Shown: one piece after another, positions 40,371 through 52,727 of the stretch
Numbering within the stretch: position 1 is the first letter of the stretch
Layout of the letters: every line of letters starts with the position of its first letter
NCBI RefSeq assembly: GCF_964204645.1
Contig: NC_134026.1
Location: 30,352,150-30,416,149, forward strand
Reading direction: 5' to 3'
Length of the DNA stretch: 64,000 nt
Source: Tubulanus polymorphus
Lineage: Eukaryota; Animalia; Nemertea
Notes under the pieces: generated by a model
The model's input: the letters and a program-made list of their open reading frames with translations, nothing else
Told to the model about the DNA's origin: nothing
Database searches by the model: none
Program-made: the position numbers and the translations under genes

Positions 40371-42565
40371 TATTGATAAAAAAAATTCATTAATTAAATA
40401 ATGAATCAAGAAATTTTCTCGCTAAAACCCAAAATTCCTGTTATCTACTGATGAAGCTGAACTTTTGTCAGGCCTAACAGATTTAACAGGCCTGTTAAAT
40501 GACATTAGTTACATCTTAGCAATTGATAACGATAAAAAATATTGCTTATTCAATTTTCAGTTCTCGTTACAGGGAAAACAATAGCCTATACCATACTGGA
40601 AAATACTAATTCAACTTAACGAGATGCTTTTCAATTCAAGTAAAATAATATCACAACATGGTCATTCATTTACCAGTACATGTATAAGAATTGTACAATA
40701 ATAATACAAATAAACAATTCAAGATGGAAGGATGCATGAAGAAACCTATTAAGGTTTATCAAAGAAAGTAGTTGATATTAAATAAAACTTCTTTCTAATG
40801 GAAAAACAAGGTTACGAGACTACTAGTAATATGGCCGCTGATTGTGCAACAATTGACTATTCGAAAAAACTGGCAACAATGACTAATGAGTTTTAAATCC
40901 AGAATGAGCCTTGACCTTCGGCTAGCAGAAGACCGTTCTGATTAATAGTGGAGCGGAGGCAAGCTGAGTGGAGTGGAGGACTGTTGATGGTTGTGCCACC
41001 CACACCAACCAAAGTCCAGTCGAAGTAAGCGGTAAGACGCCTATCATCATCTCTATTCTCTTGAACTAACAACCGCTTCAAACAGTTTTATGTCTATTTC
41101 AACTTCACCCAGCACTGGCAGCGGTTGTCTCCACCAGTGATCTCCGTCGCTCTACGATCCTAGTGTAACCAACCACCCAGACGCGTGCATTCAAATTCGC
41201 TGTACAGTTGCCGACCAGAATTTGGTCGGCTTTTTTGTCCGTGTTCAAACTGCGATATCTCAGCAAATAAACAACCGATTTTGATGAATAAACTATCTAC
41301 ACTAACCTTATGATGTCTTACGTTTGTTCATTATAACATTTTGACGATAAATCTGATTTTAGTACGATTAAATTTAAGATACAAAAATGATGCGCTGTTT
41401 AGCGATGAGACACGCATCGCTCAAGTTGTCTTGTTGCTAACGAACTACAGTGTTACAATGCCTAGTTTCAAAGTGAAAAAATGGTGTCATTTTTGCTATT
41501 TCTGTATTTATATCGCATCAAGCACGGACTATGATGAATGAACCTCCAAATGAATATAATAATAAGAAAACTGAATGTATGAGGTTTGTAACGATAGTTT
41601 ATTTTTCACAATCGGTTTAGTGAAACTGGATTTCTGGTGGTTTAAAGCTGCAGTGATCTAAAAGTATCGAGAAAATGTCGTTCGCATCTTAGTGTCTGTG
41701 GTACATCAGACACTAAGATTCTTGGTGAAATTTCAACCTGCATTGAGAGCATTCCAGCTGGCCCGAAAATGAGCGCGCTAGGCCACCCAGAATGCTCCCA
41801 AGTCAGGTTAAAATAGAAATTAGTTGTTGGGTTGTTGCTTACATTCAAAGAACAGCATCAATGAAACAAATTTGGTGGACGTGCTGAATTTCGAAACGTC
41901 AACTTCGGTTTTGTTTTGAAACTTTCAACCGGATATGAGTTTTTACACCCTAAGATTCAATCTCATCCATCAGAGTCACTATATTGAATTAAATTAAATT
42001 TTATTTTGCGTCATTTTCTTGAATCATAAAGCCACCGACAAGGCCAGCAGGATTGGAAATTCTATGAGACATCAAAAGGGAAAATTTATTGTCATTACTG
42101 CTAGACTGTTTTAATGCAAACATATACATAGCTTCCTTCCCTTAGGCTATTGAGTTTTTAAGATATTTGAATGAATTTCCAGAATCAAATGAAATTTTTA
42201 CTTTTGAAGTGAGTTGATAGAATAGAAAAAATTATAAGCTTTACTTAAATGATATAATTGAGAATACAAATTGATGATTTTAAGAAAGAATCAATATTTT
42301 GAAATTCAACTGAGATTTGACCTAGCTAAAATCAAAAATGATTGAAATATAGAAAAAAATTTTACATTTGAGACATCATTGAAAACTTATCAGAATAGAA
42401 TTGGTTCCATTTTAGATTTCAGCTTCGATAAATTTCCAAATGAAATTTCAGAGATTGGCGCTAGATTGTGGTGTATTCAATACTTGAGATAACTGAGATG
42501 AGTATTGAAATATATATTTTGAGGCTCGTCACTAATTGAGTAAAAAGGTAATGAGTAAAAACTTA

Positions 42566-42905
42566 CTTAATTCGCATTACAGGTGGAGGGTGACGCCATT
42601 TTTCAATACCTCGACCTGCACAAAGCACGTCGTCGAAAAAGAATTTGAACGACATGAGTCCTCGGTAGGCTACGTTGTTTCAATAACGTATGTTGCTGCT
42701 GCCGCTGCCGCTGCCGCTGCTGCAATATTGATAAAAATTAGTTATTAACAAAGCATTAGATAAGAAATGTTTTATCGACCGAAAAAAATAAAATGGACGC
42801 AGTTAGCTTACCTGAATGGCTGAAGTGGAAAGAGTGACCCCGTGCCATGGCATGGCATTATATACTAACACAGTGTGACGTCACACTAAATAATGCTGAC
42901 CAATG
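42566..42905 (-). pseudogene. Second inverted, diverged copy with upstream non-coding exon and promoter-like motifs
   Basis: FVQVEVLKNGVTLHL*CEL then GTAAGT. Intron ~42810-42723 runs CAG|GTAAGC..TTGCAG. TATATAA at ~42860 and TGACGTCA at ~42876. Confidence 0.5.
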
Positions 42906-43765
42906 ACAAGTAATGATATTACCGCTTAAAATGAAATTGTTGCCACCACAACTCTATTAGATTCGAATCCTGCGAAAACGAAAGATTCGTGATATAATTT
43001 TCAACTAGGGGTGCCTTCATGTAGGAAAGCGCCGATGCCATGGGCCAGTTGCACAGTCATTGAACACCAGTCTTAGCCGAGGTTATTAAGACCACGCTTA
43101 TGTGGCCAACCGATCAGACTAGTCTTAATTTAAGATCACTTTTGAACTTAAGTAGGCGACTTATAAAACTGGGTGAGTGTTGCATTGGATCGGGATTTTC
43201 TAATTCGATTTTTGTTCTATTTGGATTCCAGACATATGGTTGAAAATGCTCCCGTGGCCAACACTTTCAATTTTCATGTTTCGTTACGGTTTTGTGCAGT
43301 AAATCGTCTCAATTTTACTGGTAATTTGATGATTCTGTCAGTTTCTTTGAGAAGCTTATACAACTGTGGAACAGGGATTCAAACAGTTGAGTTGGAGAGC
43401 AGGGACCCGCGAACTGCTGAATACAACGCCATGAGTGCAGTCTGTGCCTCGACTGGAATTCGCGTGATCTTCGGCAAAGTTATTATCCATTGGAATGTAA
43501 AATATCTAGAGCAATGCATTCAAATCTGAATATATTTCTTGAGGTATCCCATATTGAAAAGTCCCCACTGGAGTTTGGATTGCTTTTCTTTTTGCCGGCA
43601 CGGGACATTTCAAACCGAACCCTGGCAAGTGAGAATGTGAACCCTGGCAAGTGACCAAAAACAGTTGCGTCGAATCTGCCTCCCTTAATTATATCCTTTA
43701 CTCGTAAAGGCTGTAATATTTAATGATTAACTATTCTAAAATATGAATATAAAAATTTCTGATAG

Positions 43766-44189
43766 TTAGTCAACTCTGGCAAGAGTTGACTTCAGTTAGT
43801 GTATGGAAATCCCGCTAACGATGAGCATAGCGGCAGCACCGTACGGTATGGACACCCCTGTGTGTCCTCTATTCAGCATCAGGACAACTCTGAATCAGTA
43901 TCAGTAATTACTGGGTTCGAACCCGGGACACCCCTGTACATCCTCTATTCAACATCAGGGCAACTCTGAATCAGTTTTTAGTGATTACTTTTGTTAAGAT
44001 ATCAACAATTTACCGTACGGTGCTGCCGCTATGCTCATTGTTAGCGGGATTTTCATACACTAACGTTAGTCAACTCTGGCAAGCAAGGGTTACGGAGTAA
44101 AACTGGAGAGCACTTCGGTTGCCAGAGTTGACTTCAGTTAGTGTATGGAAATCCCGGTAACGATGAGCATAGCGGCAGCACCGTACGGT
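43766..44189. mobile_element. Same foldback MITE: full copy 44011-44189 plus partial copy 43766-43848 (Tc1/mariner-like TA-CCGTA ends)
   Basis: TACCGTACGGTGCTGCCGCTATGCTCAT ... ATGAGCATAGCGGCAGCACCGTACGGT. Confidence 0.75.
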
Positions 44190-44229
44190 CGAGACACCCC
44201 TGTACCTCCTCTATTCAGCATAAGTACGG

Positions 44230-44458
44230 TTACGAGTTCAGTCCCAGTGCCTGAGACGAGTACACTCCCAGTGCCTGAGACAAGCTCATTTCCAGTGCCC
44301 GAGACGAGTTCAGTCCCAGTGCCCGAGACGAGTTCAGTCCCAGTGCCCGAGACGAGTTCAGTCCCAGTGCCCGAGACGAGTTCAGTCCCAGTGCCCGAGA
44401 CGAGTTCAGTCCCAGTGCCCGAGACGAGTACACTCCCAGTGCCTGAGACGAGTTCAGT
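44230..44458. repeat. 24-bp minisatellite (gagacgagttcagtcccagtgccc)
   Basis: About 9 units. Confidence 0.9.
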
Positions 44459-45329
44459 CGGTCGTCATTAGTTCCAAGACGAGTTTGTCGATGACGTCAT
44501 ATATAAATAATAACAAAACCACGTGCGTCCTGGTACGCGCTCTTATCTGTTAGAGCAGTCGGAAGTGTCTATTTCAACTTGACTTGAGAGAGAGAATCAG
44601 ACGGTGGCCTAGCTCAGTCGGGCTTGATAGTAAATACCTGATAAAAAGTCTTATCAGGACTAGAAAGGACTGGCAGTTGACCTAAAACATCGTTTTTTAA
44701 TCCATTCTTACTGTAATGAAGGATTGCAAGACATGTCGGTCTGAATCGAACTCTACTGAGAAGGCTTAATCGAGAAGAAAAATAAAGAATGTTTTGTTTC
44801 GTGTTTTATGTTGTTTTTTTCTGAAGAAATCTCTAATGATAAGCTATCAGTTAGTTCATACTACTGAAATAGGACAGGGTTTCGAATTGATATTTTCAGT
44901 AGACCTGAGTTTCACATATCATACTAAATTTAAGACGAATTGAAGAACTTTAACTATTCTATGATTCCGGCTATTGTTGAATGGGTATCTAAAAACACAT
45001 CAATAGTCTACTAGCAAGAGTTATTTGATTTTATCATTATAAGTCTTGTAAGAAAATAAACATTACTACTTCTATGCAAGTAAATAATTCATTTTGTTTA
45101 TTATTTACATACTAGTGGTTATTCGTTTTTGAATAATGTTGAACAAAGAATCATCAAAAGATGATAACGAAGGAAAAGATTGCGGCAATTCGTTTATGAT
45201 CATACAATTCGGCGCACAGAATTGGTTGAATAAAGTCTTTGAATTTAAATCTGTTCCTCACGCACGTGGTTATGTTATTATTTACCAATGACGTCATCGA
45301 CAAACTCGTCTTGGAACTAATGACGACCG
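44459..45329. repeat. Inverted repeat pair (42 bp perfect, ~70 bp imperfect) upstream of the centrin-like gene
   Basis: 44459-44500 is the exact reverse complement of 45288-45329. Confidence 0.85.
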
Positions 45330-45394
45330 TTTTGTTTAAACATGGCGGCCGTCTGTATGTAGAGAATAATCGAATAATCAGTTATCAGGTAATT

Positions 45395-48245
45395 ATGCCT
45401 GGCAAAAAAGGAGGGAAGAAGAAAGGTAAAAAGGGAAAGAAAGGCGGAAAAAGTAAGAAAGGAACAAAAGATGTCGAAAAGAAATCAGACGGAACGATTC
45501 CTGACGCACTCCCTAAATTAGATTACTTGCCGCCAGTGCGAGCACCTGGAGAAAGTGTACGTAAAATAGCCTCATTACTTACTTGACCAAGTACTGTAGG
45601 CTACTTGTAAAATTTACTGTTTATTGCACTCATTCCCACACCTCAAATTGAATACAATTTTTCCTAAAATTCAGATAGTTGTAAGTAATATTTAGTGGAT
45701 GAGTTCAGTGAGGTTCAGTGGTGATAAGTATTCACTACTTTATTTGATTAAAAGTGGATATTTTGCCATCATCGTGTTAACACTATTTTGCCAATTGCTT
45801 TTATTATAAACTAATGAAAGTAACAATGAAATCGTTATATTGGGTTTAGGGCTAGGGTTTCGATAGGGTTAGGGTTAGAATACCAGTCGTTGTTACGGTT
45901 CCCTACAACGTCTGACGCTAAAGTATCATATAGAAGTTAACTCCTGTTAATTGCAATGCAACAACTGATTTTAGTGTCAAATCAAACCTTTTTCCTGGGT
46001 TTCGATAGGATTAGGGCTAGGGTAAAGCCCGCCGCACAGTAGCGTCAAAAACACCTAGTGTGCGGGTGATATTTTCAGGCGAGGCCGATATCTAACCTGT
46101 TTGATATTTTTGCTGCGGCGCGGCAAGTACACCTGAGTGTGCGCCTAGTTGTGCGGATAAGCCGCAGGATTCAGCCAGATTTAGTTTCAATGCGCATGCA
46201 TGGAGATCATATCGTTGATTAATTGGCCAGTTGACCTACAATAGTGGCAGATACAGCGCTTGAAGCTGTGTCGTTGTTGCTAGTGTTCGGGAAAAGTTTT
46301 CGGCGTCAATGTTGCTGATAAATTGTCGCGGCGGCTTTGACGCTAGTGTGCGGCCCGTTGAGTGCAAAACCATGTAGGCCTAGTTAAAACTTCAAGCTGG
46401 ATTGCAAGAACCTTGGTGGCCTAGTGGAGAGACTAGCAATATGCTGGCCTGGGTTCGAATCCCGCTCTAGGACTCCTTTTCCACACTTTCCTTGAATATA
46501 GAACAAGCCATTGGCAAAATAGCGTTAACACGAATAATGCAACATTGGCAAAATATCACCTGTCTTTTATTTTCAACTTTTATAATTGGCTTCGGTCTTT
46601 GCCATTTCGTTTTTATTATAGATTTTGGGGAATTGTGGCTATTCGTAAAGATTCTCAGGTTTGATCGATGAATTGTTTTTCAGCTTGTTGACTTGTTAAC
46701 GACTCACGTAGTTGAACAGAAAGAAATCCACAATATTAAAGTCAATGTGAAAATACTCGAAGAATTGATGCCTCAAGAAATTCGAGATTTACGATTTGTC
46801 TTCAAAACGTTTGATGCAAATGAAGATGGGTATGTTCAGAAAATGAGCAATAATTGGTGTAATTTAGTACAATTGAGGCGTCATCCTTGTGTATGCTAAG
46901 CGTTAGGAATACTTGAAAAAACGGATGGAGAAATGACCTCTGTTCACTATTGTTCAACTCCTCAGTATTCATGAAGATGCTTGTTAGAATATAGTCGAAA
47001 TGTTGAATGAAATACTACGTTGCATAAGCTACCAATTCAAGGAAACATTTTTGGACTTAATACTATATTTCCATATCATTATTATGGAATTCTCTGTATG
47101 GCAGTCTTACCGATTGGCGATTCCAGGTTCCACTTTATGAATGTTCTTTTTTCTTTCTTTTTTCAATAGTTTATTGACTTCACATGAATTGGAACAAGCT
47201 TTTAAGGTGTTAGGGTTTAAAGTCACTCCGGCTGATGCAACGATCATGTGTTCAGAGTCTGGACTTATGAGAAAAGCAGCTCCGTTAGTATATTCAACTT
47301 TCTTCTAATAAACTCAAATTTGGTAAATCTGTGCCCAGTGAAACTGACTAGATTTTCCATAAACTGGTAAATAGATTGGTCCTGTTTTTAAGGCAAGTTA
47401 TTCCCTTTTATACATACTCCATAATCCATATTGTCACTTCATTGGATTTCATAGAAAAGTAAGTGGTCTCCTTGTCAAATTTCTATGTAAAACCTTATGT
47501 TCAATCATTATCAGCTGTTTGGAACATGCATTTATAGTGAAAGAAATGAAATGGTGCATTTACAGACTAGGGATTTTGTTCTGTTTCGTTTTTTTAAGGT
47601 CTGTTGATCTGAATGATTTTTTGGGTTATGTAATCGAACGTCAAGGAGAATCGTATGATTTTAAAGATGAAATTGTTCAGGGTTTCAAAATGTTTGATTA
47701 CGGTGAGTATTATATCGATCGATGTAAAATCTTTTACTCACACAGTACTCTAACTGGATGGAAGATTGTTTTCATAAAGCGGAACTGAAATTTCCAATTA
47801 TGTAAAACGATAGAAATTTCGACTGACCATGCATCTATTATTATCTGTACTTCGATTTCTGATTTTAAGTTCGAACCTTCTTGTTCCTTCCACAAGCAGG
47901 TGACTTTTAGGTTTGTAAGGGAAACCAAATTTAATCAATCAAATGAATAAAATTACATAACGCTTTCGTGGTGAATCATATATTTCCTAAGTGAAGGTCT
48001 TCTGCTTTTTTTGTCCTGATGCTAACATTTTGTGTGACAAGTAGAGTTTTGTTTTTTCTTGTTTTATAGATACAACCGGATTGCTTACTATAGATAATCT
48101 ACGACAAGCAGCTAAAGATGCCGATGTACAGATATCCGAGGAGGAACTCAGAGAAATGCTTGAAGAAGCTGATTTAAACGGTGATGGAGCGATAGACCAG
48201 GAGGAGTTCATTAACATCATGCAACAGACAAATCTATTCGCATAA
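45395..48245 (+). CDS. Centrin/calmodulin-like EF-hand protein with Lys/Gly-rich N-terminus
   Basis: Exons about 45395-45556, 46684-46829 (QEIRDLRFVFKTFDANEDG), 47170-47283 (ELEQAFKVLGF), 47599-47702 (DEIVQGFKMFD) and 48070-48245 (LTIDNLRQAA..ISEEELREMLEEADLNGDGAIDQEEFINIMQQTNLFA*). The C-terminus is centrin-like. Confidence 0.88.
46413..46470 (+). mobile_element. tRNA-derived SINE head
   Basis: A-box TGGCCTAGTGG and B-box GGTTCGAATCC, but no proper cloverleaf. Confidence 0.5.
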
Positions 48246-51200
48246 TTCGCTCCTATAAATCAGGATCTGATTTCCAGAGTTTTCGGTTACATTTGTTAAA
48301 ACATTGGAAATAAACTAATTATAACTGTGAGAAGAACTGGATGTGGATCTAGGAGCCAGATCTACACAACACTCAAATTCAAACGAATCATGTTTTGCAA
48401 GAAGTAAGGGAGCATCTCAAAATTTCGATAGTTACTTCAATTAGAATAACTCGCGGAAGGGGGTGGGTGGGGGGTCAAGGCCTCCTGCGGATTCATCATT
48501 ACTGCCGAACTATCGATTTATTTTGGTGCAATAAAGGTAACATTGAATTGAATTGCAGTTTCGAATATATATATATATATTACAAGCAGTAGATTTTACC
48601 GTCTGTTGGTATTTTAGATACGTTTGATTTTGTTTATAAAGTCTATTAGAGTTTAATAGGTTTTCCACTTGTAATTTTGCTAATTTGTTTTTCAATTAAA
48701 AGTTGTGATCGAAATACGCTCGTGAGAATGTCTTATCTTTGTCTGCGGTCTCTCATTAGAAAATCAATAGTTCCAACTTTGGCACGTGTCTAATCAAAGG
48801 GGGAGTTAAACCAATTATACAGTTATTCTAATTGACGGAACTATTGAAATTTCAAACTATTTAGATGCTCCCTAACAGTAATGTGTCCGGAGTTAGTTAT
48901 AATTTCAAAAGTTTAAAATCTCTGAAATAATTCTCTTATTTACGATTTTGTATTTACACAAAGATTTACACATTAGATCAATGATAACATATTTATTTAT
49001 TATGAAAGACTGGTAGATTAAAAAGAAATTTAGATTTTTATATTCATGGATTTTGTTATAATAAAGTTTACGATATGTAATATAAATGAAATAATTCTAT
49101 TTTAATTGATGTATTTTGTTGTTGTAGTTTATCGTATGTAACAAAGCTTAATAAATATTTTTCTTGTACTTTAAAAATTGCTTAAATCAGATTTTTGAAG
49201 GGATTCATCGACGTCTAACAGTCGTTCCATTGACGGAAGTGCGTGTGGTTTTCTGTAATTTTCAACCCCAGACATCCGCAGCCAATAGCCATAAAATATC
49301 TGCCGACATTGAAGATAACATTTTTATTATTTTTCTCGTACTCTGTGTGAATTTAAAGCGTTCAAGAAACACGATTAACGTTTTCAGATATTTTACGATC
49401 ATTTTTGCGGTGGCTCGTAAGGAGTGGTTGAGCAGACGCTTCCAGGTAGAGAACTTCAAACGGTTAACCGCCAACATCGGTTTTAATGGTTAATTTTTTC
49501 CACCGCGAGTTACATCGGCTCAGAAAATGAATAATGGCATTAACCGAGGCTATAAACATCACAGGCATAGTAGAGAATGGGTTCAAACAGCAGCCAAGCG
49601 TGGGTTTATATCCGTCTGATCAATCTAGCCGCCACGCACCGCCATTATACTGTTCAGGTCTCCCTTCTTGTAACTTGACTAATAAAACTATGATCATAAC
49701 TATTGTTTTTACGATAAAGCACTTGGTCGGACAACCAGAGGAGTTTCTATTTGAACCCGAGTGCACTAGTATTGTTTCTGTTGATTTTCAGGCGCAGATC
49801 AAAGGGATCAGCGTTGCAAATAGGGACAAAACCCGATCGGATCTAGAGGTAATATTTGGGAATCTTATCTTATTTTTGGGGGAAATTGACAAGAAAGAAG
49901 CATTCTTGTAGGACCCTTTTGACTCCTTTCCAGTTCGTATTTCCGATGAATTTTGTCTTTCTTTTTGATTAATTGCCCTTTTTAAGTTTTTTCGACAACT
50001 TTGCACCCTTTTTGAAAAATAATGTCTTCAAATGAATGGGCGATCAAAATTTTGGCGGTCCTACAGAAGTCTCATATTAGACTAGCCCTGCGTCTGCAAT
50101 GAAAAGCCGTCTAGGAATTGAAGTGCACTTGAATATTTTCAAAAACCACACACGCCCTCTTTCAAGCCTTCTTTGGCGCTCGCCAATTTAAGGTTCACCT
50201 TTCTATGCGTTCAACGATCGTTCCAGACCCTGTCGGATTTATTTTTGTAAATAAATAAAGATTATCTACGGAAACGACACAGTGTTATACGATTTGCGGA
50301 ACGGCTAGCAATCAATTTTGAGGATTAAAGATAGATTACCGTATGATCCAAGAACACGCGACCGAAGCAGAGCGCAACAACCTCCGGCAAAATGGGATTT
50401 ATAATACATCAAAGTTTGTTGAGCAAAGTAGCAAATGCATGCTAAGATAAGATATTTGACAGGCCGTTTGGGTAAACTTGGTTTTCCGTTTTACCGGCTG
50501 TCAAAATTTACCTAGCTGTAATTGCTAACAGACAAGCAAGAAGAATGTTATCAACATCTATAACAACACACAAGCAAAAAAATATCTTCTTTCTCTGAGC
50601 CCCGTGTGCACTTGAAACGCCCTGAAGAACCTCTCTGGGTACAAACGGCTAATACGAAGTTGATATATGTCAGTTTTACTACTTTCTAGAACGACATACG
50701 AATAATTTACGGTCGATTTACGGCGAGATAATTGCGAATGGTGCACCAGAATCATCCAATATTAGTCAAGTCATCGTCTGGCGACGAGCATCGATTTCGT
50801 AGAAAATGAGAAATGCTCAGTCGCCAGAAAGAGCAATGTGACGTAATTTATAAAAACAACGCGAGTCAATCCATCAGTCGCCGACTGAGGAAGACTTGAT
50901 TTATGTATATGTTTCTTTATTAGTATGAAATTCAATATATAGAATGGAAAATACAGTCCGAATAATTCCCCTGAGCTTTACATTTCGACTAAATCACGAA
51001 TACTGAGTATAGCACAAGGGAGCTTTTCGGAATCTATTTCTTTTTCATTCTTAGAACGGGATTTTTTTACACTATCGTCACAGCAGAGTGTTCTATCGAA
51101 GGATACTGTTCTTTATTGTCCAAGTATAAAGCCAAGTATATATAATGTTTTCAAAGAGACATTAACATAAGAAACGTAATTATATGTATTATCTTATTAA

Positions 51201-52651
51201 TAATAACCTAATGCATAACAATAGGGTATCAGCAAGTAATAAAATAGAAGCTAACAGCTGATACATCCTGTTTGTGGTTGTATCAGAAAAGGTGTGAAAG
51301 AGATAGATGTTTTGAGAAAGAATAGCTTTTTTAAAAAATGCACACATGGAAAAGACAAAAAGGAGAAGAAATGTGAAAAAGTTATTATCTTTCATTGAAG
51401 TTATTCCGTTGGTTCGGATCGACTTTCTTAGTCATTTTAGAAAATAGTATCGCATGAAACTGTTAGAAAAGAAAAACGATATTTCACCAATTGTGGGATT
51501 TCCTATTTCTTCTATAGATTGTCTACTGTCACAGGAATTCTCTGTCTTTGAAATATTTGGTTATTCTCTCTCTCTCAATATAAACGTACATGAAATAGTA
51601 TCGTATTAACGAAATAGGTATGCGTAAAGAAATATATCAAACGATAAAGTGTAGTCACTTTCATTAGAGATATTAGTCTACGTTGTCGCGAATAATTTGA
51701 CATCTTTAATACGTGTACAGACTGCGACTCTTAAAAGTTCTAAGTTATGATTCATATAGGAAGTATATTAGAGCGATGTAATCATTGGTGATGTGCATTT
51801 TTCTAGCTCCAGTATATCAACTGTTTATAAAGCAAATATCAAGCGGATATTTTCTACACAGCGAAGAAGGAAGCTTCTATCAAGTATAACAAACTTTTTC
51901 TTGCCAACTTTCTGTAACATTTATATCAAATAAACTACAACCACAGTCTTCGTGTCCGACTGCAATATCGGCGGTGGCACAATTTTTCTCGCCTTCTCCA
52001 CGCCGGTCTGGTTGATCGATGGATAGCGTCGAAATAACCAAATCTTTTTTTTCAGCGAGTATGAAGTGCAGTTTTTAATGCTGATCTTTCTTGAAAGTAA
52101 CGCGTGACTCGAATAAGGAATTCATGGCTTGCAAACGAACGGAAAATATCATAGAACGTATTAAGAATTCTTAAATTTGTTAATTGGATTAAATTACAAC
52201 GATATATTCTGTAATTTATTAAATCTTATTAGCGGAAAATCAATGTTTTTGACGACGTTCTCATTGACTATCTGATTAAATAACTCGTAAGATCCAAGTC
52301 AGGGGAGGTCTGTCTGCGTAGTCTTACACAAGTTCAGTTGATATTTGTGTCGACAATTGCTTACTTCTCCCCGCCGAAAGAATATCATCGGATCAGTAAA
52401 CGAAACGTGTAAAAGAGCTCAGAGTTTCTCATCGTCTGGTAATAACAGCATCCAATGCTGCATCATCTTTAACAACGTTTTCCAGTCAGCACAAACCACG
52501 TGATCAAGTCATAAAAATCACCCCTTAAAACAGCGACTGCAACTGGAGTAACGGCAATATCATCGGATCAGATCGTCGTGTGTCAGAGAACTGCCGCCGC
52601 CGCCACCGCCGCAAAATACTTTATCAGTGACGGTGTCACCGACAGTCGAGA

Positions 52652-52727
52652 ATGGGTCTTAATGGATTTATAGGACATTGGGAATATGATTCTAATGAAA
52701 AGGTTGAAGAGTATATGATTGATTTAG
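52652..52727 (+). CDS. Additional FABP-type first coding exon (MGLNGFIGHWEYDSNEKVEEYMIDL-G)
   Basis: ATG plus 25 codons and 1 nt, then GTAAGT. Fits the FABP N-terminal consensus F.G.W....SENFDEYMKALG with the canonical phase-1 intron. Confidence 0.8.

Noticed and set aside
41642-41848. Possible LINE ORF2 remnant (ALIFGPAGMLSMQVEISPRIL)
   Set aside because: Similarity too weak to call without a search.
44145-44471. 108-aa ORF with PVPETSSV repeats
   Set aside because: Made from a MITE end plus a 24-bp minisatellite; no splice context.
45845-46023. Telomere-like TTAGGG units
   Set aside because: Only a few degenerate units in an intron; likely repeat-derived.
46413-46470. tRNA gene
   Set aside because: A and B boxes are present but no acceptor or anticodon stems; treated as a SINE head.
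49164-50006. Cluster of 70-125 aa ORFs (possible GPCR or RT remnant)
   Set aside because: No recognisable motif or consistent splice sites on manual translation.
50392-50472. Possible fourth FABP exon 1
   Set aside because: Lacks the GxW motif, and the first ATG frame hits a stop.
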